In this document: positions 27,264-34,003 of the stretch, in pieces
How the letters are laid out: each line of letters opens with the position of its first letter
How positions within the stretch are numbered: the first letter of the stretch is position 1
Source of the DNA: a virus
Lineage: Duplodnaviria > Caudoviricetes
Strand: one strand, 5' to 3'
IMG/VR virus record: IMGVR_UViG_3300030451_002095
Span: 1 to 61,128 of that record
Length of the DNA stretch: 61,128 bases
Notes under the pieces: model-generated
Told to the model about the DNA's origin: nothing
Databases searched by the model: none
The model's input: the letters and a program-made list of their open reading frames with translations, nothing else
Program-made: the position numbers and the translations under genes

Positions 27264-27264
27264 T

Positions 27265-27624
27265 TTAGAAAGGTTTTATTTCGTTATAGAATTCTTTTAT
27301 TTGTTCCTTACTCATTTCAATATCATAACTATCTGTTAATTCTCTGTTCCATACTGATAACCAAATTGTGTTGGTCTGTTCGTTTACCCATGTGTCCAAG
27401 TTGTATTGTTCGTTAATATAGTCGGATGTTCGTTCTAATTGTGTAGGGTTTAACTCTTTGTTTTCTTTTTCCAGTATTTTCAGAACCTCGATACAGTGTT
27501 CGATTTTCTCCTCATCATCCCACAACATTAAAGATTTTTGATACTGGATGTTTGATAGTGTTGTTTCCAGTCGTTGTCTAACTGATTTGATATCACAATC
27601 AATCAATAAATTTTCTTTTTCCAT
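27265..27624 (-). CDS. Hypothetical early protein
   Basis: 119-aa ORF in the operon. Confidence 0.6.
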   Translation of the reverse strand: MEKENLLIDCDIKSVRQRLETTLSNIQYQKSLMLWDDEEKIEHCIEVLKILEKENKELNPTQLERTSDYINEQYNLDTWVNEQTNTIWLSVWNRELTDSYDIEMSKEQIKEFYNEIKPF

Positions 27625-27628
27625 AATT

Positions 27629-27790
27629 TTATTTATTTAAGTTTTGGTATAAAAATTTTATATAGTTTTTTTCAAATGTCTCTAAATTTTGGTATTGTTC
27701 CTTAAAGTACATGTGTTTGATATTTACTGGTATTTGGTTTTTATTTAACCATATTAACCAATCTTCAAAATGATAAATTTTTGTTTCCAT
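27629..27790 (-). CDS. Unannotated 53-aa early protein downstream of hammerhead HH-B
   Basis: Manual translation METKIYHFEDWLIWLNKNQIPVNIKHMYFKEQYQNLETFEKNYIKFLYQNLNK. Confidence 0.6.
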   Translation of the reverse strand: METKIYHFEDWLIWLNKNQIPVNIKHMYFKEQYQNLETFEKNYIKFLYQNLNK

Positions 27791-27816
27791 AAATTTTTTA
27801 ATTTATATTAGTATTT

Positions 27817-27911
27817 GTTATTGACTGGGGGAAGTTTACCTGTGTACCTCTTTCGTGTACCTTATTCGTTATCCCCCAGTTTCGGACAATATCAGTCCTC
27901 ATCAGAATAAC
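27817..27911 (-). ncRNA. Type I hammerhead ribozyme (HH-B)
   Basis: Minus strand reads GUUAUU-CUGAUGA-GGAC(UGAUAUU)GUCC-GAAA-CUGGGGGA(39-nt loop)UCCCCCAG-UC-AAUAAC; all core nucleotides, three stems and a GUC triplet; predicted cut between 27823 and 27822. Confidence 0.93.
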
Positions 27912-28084
27912 TATTTAATAACCTCGACAAACTCCATACTCTTAAACTCCTCTTTTAACTTTTCGTTTATCTCTTTTACTAACTCAATTTCACATCTTTC
28001 ATAAAATTTGATTAGTCCCTTATTTTTAGGGTTGTTTTCCTGTCTCAATTCTTTTAGAATTTTTTTACATTGTAATAAAGTCAT
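27911..28084 (-). CDS. Unannotated 57-aa protein between the two hammerheads
   Basis: Manual translation MTLLQCKKILKELRQENNPKNKGLIKFYERCEIELVKEINEKLKEEFKSMEFVEVIK; leader TTAAAAAGTTATG shared with 28520 and 28775; its TAG stop overlaps stem I of HH-B. Confidence 0.7.
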   Translation of the reverse strand: MTLLQCKKILKELRQENNPKNKGLIKFYERCEIELVKEINEKLKEEFKSMEFVEVIK

Positions 28085-28109
28085 AACTTTTTAATTTTTA
28101 TTAGTGTTT

Positions 28110-28212
28110 GTTATTGACTACAAAGAGAAGTATTGAGATGAAATGTTCTTAAGGGTATTATTGAGAACCTCTCTTTGTAGTTTCGGACATTTTTAGTCCT
28201 CATCAGAATAAC
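28110..28212 (-). ncRNA. Type I hammerhead ribozyme (HH-A)
   Basis: Minus strand reads GUUAUU-CUGAUGA-GGAC(UAAAAAU)GUCC-GAAA-CUACAAAGAGA(loop)UCUCUUUGUAG-UC-AAUAAC; predicted cut between 28116 and 28115. Confidence 0.93.
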
Positions 28213-28214
28213 TT

Positions 28215-28520
28215 TTATTCTCTATCAAATGGAATGTCTAACTCATTACATAGATCCAAACCGAACCAGTAGACAAGATGATTTACTAATTTTTCGTTAT
28301 CTTCAAAAGTCGTTTGTATTTCTCCAAACTCTTTATATTCTCTTATATTACAAATCATAACTCCCTCTCTTTCTCCTATGTTGTGAAGTTTTAACCACTG
28401 GGTGGCGTTGTGGTAACCGATTATATAATAATCTTCATTGAACATTGTAAAATGATTTTGGTCATCTGTATTAAAATTGTTGATGTGTTCGAGTAGTTCT
28501 TTTCTAACTGATTTTTTCAT
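28215..28520 (-). CDS. Hypothetical early protein
   Basis: FNEDYYIIGY...EKLVNHLVYWFG; stop lies 2 nt before HH-A. Confidence 0.65.
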   Translation of the reverse strand: MKKSVRKELLEHINNFNTDDQNHFTMFNEDYYIIGYHNATQWLKLHNIGEREGVMICNIREYKEFGEIQTTFEDNEKLVNHLVYWFGLDLCNELDIPFDRE

Positions 28521-28806
28521 AACTTTTTAATTTTAGTATTATTATTCGTTTTATCTGTTCTCGTATTCTTCAAAATCTAATCCGATACACTCACAAAGAA
28601 ACTCCTCTTCGAACCAAAATAAATCGTTTATTTCTGTTTCTGTTGGTGTTCTGTCGTGGTATAAATCCTCTAAATGAAACTCAATCTCTTTTAATTCGTT
28701 GTAGGTGAATTCGTGTTGTTTTCCTCCACTCCAAAAATTGAAGTTTGTCAAATCTAAATTTTTTGTGTAGTTCATAACTTTTTAATTTTAGTATTATTAT
28801 TCGTTT
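28516..28806 (-). repeat. Identical 36-bp leader/start repeat at 28516-28551 and 28771-28806
   Basis: ttcataactttttaattttagtattattattcgttt occurs twice, spanning the leaders and starts of the first two early genes. Confidence 0.9.
28551..28775 (-). CDS. First early gene, conserved-looking acidic hypothetical protein
   Basis: FNFWSGG...TETEINDLFWFE. Confidence 0.65.
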   Translation of the reverse strand: MNYTKNLDLTNFNFWSGGKQHEFTYNELKEIEFHLEDLYHDRTPTETEINDLFWFEEEFLCECIGLDFEEYENR

Positions 28807-28816
28807 AATTATTGTA

Positions 28817-28849
28817 CAAATATAGTATAAAACTATTTAATAAAACAAA
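28817..28849 (-). promoter_or_regulatory. Main early promoter (TTTG, 21-nt spacer, TATATTTG)
   Basis: Matches the Bacteroidota -33/-7 consensus; faces the early operon. Confidence 0.75.
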
Positions 28850-28890
28850 CTTTTTTTAACTTTTTTTTGTCCCAGTATGAAAATAATTTT

Positions 28891-28915
28891 TAAGTTATTG
28901 ATTTACAACAACTTA
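28891..28915. promoter_or_regulatory. Imperfect palindrome containing an IHF-consensus site
   Basis: TAAGTTATTGATTTACAACAACTTA; reverse strand AATCAATAACTTA matches WATCAANNNNTTR. Confidence 0.5.
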
Positions 28916-28929
28916 CAGAGAAAAAAAAA

Positions 28930-29210
28930 TTGTGTTTTTTTGGTGTTTTGTTTGTGTTTTGGGGGTTTCGTTGGGGTGTTATCCTCTTTCTTTCTTTGTC
29001 TAAATACTTTTATTTAGTCAATAATTGGAACGAGGGAAGGACAAACAGAGGACAAAAGGAACGGACAGAGGACAGAACAAGGACACAAGGACAGACAGAC
29101 AGAGAGACAAACAACCAACCAACCAGACAACCAGAACCCCCACCAAAAAACCCAAAAAAATCGGACTGGAAATTTTGAAAACAACACCCCACCCCCCAAA
29201 AAACAAAACG
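28930..29210. other. Non-coding strand-switch region with extreme base asymmetry; candidate genome end or packaging locus
   Basis: No A in 28930-28980; no T in 29027-29160; six GGACA repeats; central hairpin at 29000-29017. Confidence 0.55.
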
Positions 29211-29281
29211 ATTTCCGAACACGACATGTCGGTGTATGACTATATATAACCCTTAACCCCTAAACATCTAAAAAAATTTTA

Positions 29282-29289
29282 TATCTTTG
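29282..29289 (+). promoter_or_regulatory. -7 element TATCTTTG
   Basis: Upstream of ATG 29305. Confidence 0.6.
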
Positions 29290-29304
29290 TAAAAAAATAA
29301 AAAC

Positions 29305-29586
29305 ATGAATTGTGGTTGCGGAAATAATCCTTGTAAAACCTACGGATCAAAAAAAACAAACGATATGAAATTTAAAATGAACAACCCTTTTGGGAAAGAC
29401 GATTATGTTGACGGGTTATATGTTGACGGTGGTAGATTAGTAAATGATAGAAGAGACGGAGAGACGGGTATAGCAAGAATGTCTCGTATAAAAAGAGCAA
29501 TTAAAAACGATAGAAAGATAAATAGAATAGCTGAGGGTATTCAATTAGCTGAAGATAAAAAGAACTGGAACGAACTTATGTTCTAA
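29305..29586 (+). CDS. Hypothetical protein, first gene of the plus arm
   Basis: ORF with its own promoter and terminator. Confidence 0.65.
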   Translation: MNCGCGNNPCKTYGSKKTNDMKFKMNNPFGKDDYVDGLYVDGGRLVNDRRDGETGIARMSRIKRAIKNDRKINRIAEGIQLAEDKKNWNELMF

Positions 29587-29614
29587 AGACTTCCCATTTG
29601 TTCTGTTGTGAAAA

Positions 29615-29647
29615 GGAGGTAAGACATTCTGTCTGCCTCTTTTTTTT
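29615..29647 (+). terminator. Rho-independent terminator
   Basis: gaggtaagaca-ttc-tgtctgcctc hairpin plus T run. Confidence 0.7.
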
Positions 29648-29664
29648 ATATATATGTTTAATAC

Positions 29665-29845
29665 CGACACAAGATTCCACTTTGTAAAAAAAAACGACAC
29701 AAGCTAACTTATTGATTTTCAATATTATATTTTTATTTATGTCGATATGTCGATTTCAAGTCTAAAATATATAAAAATATATATACACTAAAAAGAGATA
29801 ATATATATATATAATTACAAAAAATTTTTTCGACATACCGTCACA
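29665..29845. promoter_or_regulatory. Origin-like locus B with the same architecture as locus A
   Basis: CGACACAAG x2, IHF-consensus site at 29705, TATGTCGA x2 at 29738 and 29746, AT-rich core, TCGACATA at 29830. Confidence 0.55.
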
Positions 29846-29865
29846 ATTGTATTTATTATTTTTTA

Positions 29866-29873
29866 TATCTTTG
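29866..29873 (+). promoter_or_regulatory. -7 element TATCTTTG for groEL
   Basis: Upstream of ATG 29906. Confidence 0.6.
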
Positions 29874-29905
29874 CTTCAAATTAATTTTAATTAAATCACA
29901 ACATA

Positions 29906-31492
29906 ATGAAAGAACAAGGATACATTCCAAAAGACCTCTCTTTTGATAATGAGGCAAGAGAAAAATTAATATCGGGAATCTCTAAAATATCTAACGCAGT
30001 TAAATCAACTCTCGGCCCTCAAGGGCAAACTGTATTGATAGAATCAACAGAACACACTCAAGGATTAACTGTAACTAAAGACGGAGTAACTGTAGCTAAA
30101 TCAATATTCCTTATTGACCCAATAGAGAACCTTGCGGTTAGGATGATGAAACAAGCTTCAGAGAAAACAGCTAACACAGCTGGAGACGGTACAACTACTG
30201 CGATTGTTTTAACTGAGGCTTTGGTTAAGGCTGGGGAGAAATATATAGAGGCAGGGATGAGTACTATTAATGTAGTTAGGAAAATAAGGGAGATTGGTGA
30301 GGAGATAATTAAGAAAATAAAAAAAGAATCTATAGAGGTTACCGAGCAAATGCTTGCGGACATAGCAACCATATCTGCTAACAACGATAAGGAGATTGGT
30401 GATATTATAGCAAAGTCTTATAAAGAAGTAGGTCGTGATGGTATAGTAACGGTTGAGAGATCTCAAACTGACGAAACTTATGCGGAGGTTACTAATGGTA
30501 TAAAGGTGGATAGAGGATGGACATCTCCACTTTTTATTAATGATCAAAGAAAAGATGAGTGTATATATGATAATGTAAAGATTCTTATATGTGATGCTGA
30601 GATTAATAATATATTACAAATTGAGAATGTTCTTAAACCAATTATTAATGCAGGAGAGAAGTTATTAATTATTGGAGACTGTTCTCAAAATGTTATTAAT
30701 ACTATGGCTGCCAATGTTCAGCGTAACGGATTAAAGTTTTGTAATATAAAACCACCTTCATTTGGATACAAGACTCATGAGTTGATGCAGGATATTGCAT
30801 TTGCTGTAGGAGCTAAATACTTTTCAGAAAAGACTGGAGATGATTTATCTCTAATTAGACCAGAAGATTTAGGTCATGCAGATAAAATAATAGCAGGTAA
30901 AGATTCAACTATTATTATTAAGGACGGTGATATTGGTGAAGAGACTATAAAAAGAGTAGAAGAACTTAGAGAACAACAACAAAGATTAACAGCTAAACAT
31001 GAGAAAGACTTTATTAATGAAAGAATAGCAAGTTTAGTTGGAGGGATAGGATGTATATATGTAGGGGCCACTTCTGATATAGAGCAAAAAGAAAAATTTG
31101 ACCGAGTCGATGACTCGGTATGCGCGGTGCGCAGTGCCTTACAAGAAGGCATTGTTCCTGGGGGAGGATTACTTCTACATACTATAGCTCAAAAATATAA
31201 AGGTGATGATATAGCTAATAAAATAATGAAAGAAACTTTAGAAGCTCCATTAACTCAAATATTAAAAAACGCTGGATTATGTAAAGATGACATATATCAT
31301 AAGGCTGATAATTTACAAAAGAATGTAGGGTATAATGTTGTTACCAGAGAGTACGGAAATATGTTTGACATGGGGGTAGTTGATCCGGCCAGAGTTACTA
31401 TACAAGCATTAAGTAATGCTATTAGTGTAGCTACAACTATACTTACTACTAACGCTATAGTTACTCACGCAAGAATACATACTGATTCGTGA
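29906..31492 (+). CDS. groEL: Phage-encoded chaperonin GroEL
   Basis: AVKSTLGP, TKDGVTVAK, AGDGTTTA, ATISAN, GIVPGGG, GVVDPARV; lacks the GGM tail. Confidence 0.95.
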   Translation: MKEQGYIPKDLSFDNEAREKLISGISKISNAVKSTLGPQGQTVLIESTEHTQGLTVTKDGVTVAKSIFLIDPIENLAVRMMKQASEKTANTAGDGTTTAIVLTEALVKAGEKYIEAGMSTINVVRKIREIGEEIIKKIKKESIEVTEQMLADIATISANNDKEIGDIIAKSYKEVGRDGIVTVERSQTDETYAEVTNGIKVDRGWTSPLFINDQRKDECIYDNVKILICDAEINNILQIENVLKPIINAGEKLLIIGDCSQNVINTMAANVQRNGLKFCNIKPPSFGYKTHELMQDIAFAVGAKYFSEKTGDDLSLIRPEDLGHADKIIAGKDSTIIIKDGDIGEETIKRVEELREQQQRLTAKHEKDFINERIASLVGGIGCIYVGATSDIEQKEKFDRVDDSVCAVRSALQEGIVPGGGLLLHTIAQKYKGDDIANKIMKETLEAPLTQILKNAGLCKDDIYHKADNLQKNVGYNVVTREYGNMFDMGVVDPARVTIQALSNAISVATTILTTNAIVTHARIHTDS

Positions 31493-31803
31493 CAAAAAAA
31501 TATTATAAAAAGCAGTGGGTTATTGTTTATCTTAATATTAATGATGTAAAAGGGGATTACGATGACTTTTCTTTTTCAGATTTAATAAAAAAAGATAGAT
31601 CATACGACTGGACGAGACTACTGTATGATATAGATAAAGAAGGATTAAAAGAGTTAATTGAGGTGGAGAAAAAAGATTCACATTATAGAGTAACACAAGG
31701 AAACCATAGGTTAAAGGTTTTACAATATTTATATCCACCTAATAATACATTAAGATTTAAATTAAAAAGACATGAGACCAATTGGCAAGTACATTGTAAT
31801 TAA
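31489..31803 (+). CDS. ParB/Srx-like domain protein
   Basis: YRVTQGNHRLKVL resembles the ParB/Srx GxxR motif; overlaps the groEL stop and groES start. Confidence 0.5.
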   Translation: MTKKYYKKQWVIVYLNINDVKGDYDDFSFSDLIKKDRSYDWTRLLYDIDKEGLKELIEVEKKDSHYRVTQGNHRLKVLQYLYPPNNTLRFKLKRHETNWQVHCN

Positions 31804-32029
31804 AACAATTAAAGAAGAATTAAAAACAGAATCAGGATTATTACTATCTAATGAAGATGCAAGCAGCTTTAGATATAAAAAAGGAAAGGTAGTAAAGCCA
31901 GGAACCGATGTTTCAGTAATCAATACAGACGATGTTATATATTATGATGGAGCGTCAGGTCACCAGATGTTAATAGAAGACAACCCTTACACGATTATCA
32001 CTGAGCGCGATGTCGTTGTTGTCTTATAA
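31772..32029 (+). CDS. groES: Co-chaperonin GroES
   Basis: MRPIGKYIVI...KTESGLLL...GKVVKPG...IITERDVVVVL. Confidence 0.9.
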   Translation: MRPIGKYIVIKTIKEELKTESGLLLSNEDASSFRYKKGKVVKPGTDVSVINTDDVIYYDGASGHQMLIEDNPYTIITERDVVVVL

Positions 32030-32468
32030 ACTTATTCATCTCTATAATCATATTACGATAAACTTTATCCATATAAGAAGCATCGTGTCTAAATAAAGGA
32101 TTATATTCCGGACTTTCTCCTATTTCTTCTCCATTTAACTTCTTATATATAGTGTTAACCATACGTTTACCTTTGTAAGATAACTCATAAAGAGTTGTTT
32201 CTTTACCCTTTCTTTTTCTCCATACATGTATATATCCTTGATTTAGAAGTTTATAGAACCGAGGCTCGTCCCAAGACATACACTGTTCAAACTCTTTAAA
32301 TTTAGTTTTGTTAAAGATATGTTCGCTATAAAGGAAAAATAGCATATCTATATCTGGAGTTCCGACTTTGTATTTGGCTTTAGCCCAATACCTTATCACC
32401 CTCCAATATTTCATATAGTCGTGCGAGGGCTGAACTCTATCGTAGTTTTTTCTTACTGTATTTGACAT
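31998..32468 (-). CDS. Putative winged-helix DNA-binding protein
   Basis: FYKLLNQGYIHVWRK...LYELSYKGK resembles a MarR-like wing; has its own promoter; the only minus gene in the plus arm. Confidence 0.55.
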   Translation of the reverse strand: MSNTVRKNYDRVQPSHDYMKYWRVIRYWAKAKYKVGTPDIDMLFFLYSEHIFNKTKFKEFEQCMSWDEPRFYKLLNQGYIHVWRKRKGKETTLYELSYKGKRMVNTIYKKLNGEEIGESPEYNPLFRHDASYMDKVYRNMIIEMNKFIRQQRHRAQ

Positions 32469-32481
32469 TAAATTAAATTTG

Positions 32482-32503
32482 TATCTTTGCGGTTACAAAG
32501 TTA
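32482..32503. promoter_or_regulatory. Face-to-face divergent promoter pair
   Basis: TATCTTTG on + at 32482-32489 and TAACTTTG on - at 32496-32503. Confidence 0.6.
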
Positions 32504-32535
32504 TTAAAAATATAAAACTATAAAACTATAAAACT

Positions 32536-32745
32536 ATGGCGAATCCATTTAAAAAGAAAGAAAAGACAAAAAATTACAAAAAGAAGCTCGCAACAATAAA
32601 GAAAAAGAAAGCAATAAAAAAAACTAAAACAGCGGCTACAAATCTTGGTAAACATATACATAACAATCTTGCGCAAAGAGATTTAACAAAACCTTTAAGC
32701 GAAACTCCACCTTTATATATGGGTAGACCATCTTATTCTTCTTAA
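32536..32745 (+). CDS. Small Lys-rich protein
   Basis: ORF with A-rich leader. Confidence 0.6.
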   Translation: MANPFKKKEKTKNYKKKLATIKKKKAIKKTKTAATNLGKHIHNNLAQRDLTKPLSETPPLYMGRPSYSS

Positions 32746-32747
32746 TT

Positions 32748-33101
32748 ATGCCAACAGTTACAGTAAACGGAAAGAAAAAAACATTCCCCTATAATGCAGT
32801 AGGTAAAGCTCAGGCGGATGCTTACGCAAGATTACATGGGGGTAAAAAGAAAAACAATCCCGGACCTAAAAGCGAGGTAAAGTCTTCTAAAAATAAAAGT
32901 AAATTAGATAAAGACATAGAAGAAAACAAGAACAAGAAAAAAGACACAAAGTTTGCTGATCAAATATATAGAAAATCAAAAGTAGACAAGAGTCTTGAAA
33001 AAGAAGGGTACCATACAGCTAAAGGTATTAGGGGAACAAAAAAATCAAAGTATCATGAAACAGGCATGGGTAATATGTCTGGAACATCAATGTTTAGTTA
33101 A
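32748..33101 (+). CDS. Basic protein; N-terminus paralogous to 37260..37415
   Basis: FPYNAVGKAQAD motif. Confidence 0.7.
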   Translation: MPTVTVNGKKKTFPYNAVGKAQADAYARLHGGKKKNNPGPKSEVKSSKNKSKLDKDIEENKNKKKDTKFADQIYRKSKVDKSLEKEGYHTAKGIRGTKKSKYHETGMGNMSGTSMFS

Positions 33102-33113
33102 AAATATAAAACT

Positions 33114-33746
33114 ATGCCAGATCCTAAAAAGAAATATAGAAAACCATTTGGTGGGCCTACAGTAAAAAAGAAAACCACTATTAAGTCTCCAGCTACTCTT
33201 AAAAAAGAAAAAAAGGAAAGAGAGAAAAAAGCTATTGACGCTAAAAGAGCAGCGCAAGAGAAAAAAGCTGAAACAAAAAATAAAGAAAGATTAGAGAAAA
33301 TAGAAAAGAAAAGGTTGTTGAAGAAGTATGATATAGAGGGGAAGACGGCAAAGAAAAATAAAAAAGCTAAAGAAAAAGAAAAGAAAAGAACAGAAAACAA
33401 GCAAGCGAAGTTTGATAAGATAAACGCGAAGATTACTGCCTTACAAGAAAATAAAGAGCTAACTAAAGAAGTTAGGGATAAAAAAATAAAATCTTTAAAA
33501 GACAGAAAAGATAAGATTCGTAAAAAAGCATTAGACCGAAACATTAAGGCTGATAAAAAGCTTATTAAGAGAGAGGGAGACGCGGTAACTAAAAAAACAA
33601 AAAATGAAGAGAGGTCTCGAAAAAGAGTAAAAAGGTCTAAAACTAAAATGGACCGACAAAAAAGAAGAGCTCTTAAGAGGTCCAATCGTAAAAAAAGAAT
33701 GCAAGCGGTAACGGGTATTAAGCGTTGGGACAAAACTTGGAACTAA
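33114..33746 (+). CDS. Extremely Lys/Arg-rich protein (210 aa)
   Basis: Composition; collinear with the operon. Confidence 0.65.
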   Translation: MPDPKKKYRKPFGGPTVKKKTTIKSPATLKKEKKEREKKAIDAKRAAQEKKAETKNKERLEKIEKKRLLKKYDIEGKTAKKNKKAKEKEKKRTENKQAKFDKINAKITALQENKELTKEVRDKKIKSLKDRKDKIRKKALDRNIKADKKLIKREGDAVTKKTKNEERSRKRVKRSKTKMDRQKRRALKRSNRKKRMQAVTGIKRWDKTWN

Positions 33747-33760
33747 ATAAAAAAAATAAC

Positions 33761-33768
33761 TATCTTTG
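33761..33768 (+). promoter_or_regulatory. -7 element TATCTTTG
   Basis: Intergenic, upstream of ATG 33792. Confidence 0.6.
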
Positions 33769-33791
33769 TAAAATATTAAAAAATAAAAATT

Positions 33792-34001
33792 ATGAAACAT
33801 CAAGGTTACAATTCAAGATTAGATGAGTCTTTAGGAAACAAGCATAAAGGCAAGCACAAACAATCAATGAAAGACAGAAGAGATGAGTCTAAAGCAATGT
33901 CTAAAAAAATATATGGACACGCTTACGGAGGAGATCACAACATGTCTTATGAGTGCATCAACAATGTGAAGAAAAAAATTGGAGCTGCAATTAGAAAATA
34001 A
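33792..34001 (+). CDS. Small basic protein
   Basis: QGYNSRLDESLG...QSMKDRRDESKAM. Confidence 0.65.
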   Translation: MKHQGYNSRLDESLGNKHKGKHKQSMKDRRDESKAMSKKIYGHAYGGDHNMSYECINNVKKKIGAAIRK

Positions 34002-34003
34002 TT

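Noticed and set aside
27817-28212. Repeat-spacer-repeat pattern as a mini CRISPR array
   Set aside because: The repeats are hammerhead cores whose variable part is base-paired stem III, and there are no cas genes.
28930-29249. Five overlapping ORFs called at the strand switch
   Set aside because: They are open only because the T-free and A-free tracts lack stop codons; the translations are low-complexity.
32513-32536. TAAAACTA x3 micro-repeat
   Set aside because: It is short, AT-rich and consistent with slippage in an A-rich translation leader.
33098-33733. 211-aa Phe/Leu/Ser-rich antisense ORF
   Set aside because: It is the shadow of the Lys-rich plus-strand gene.
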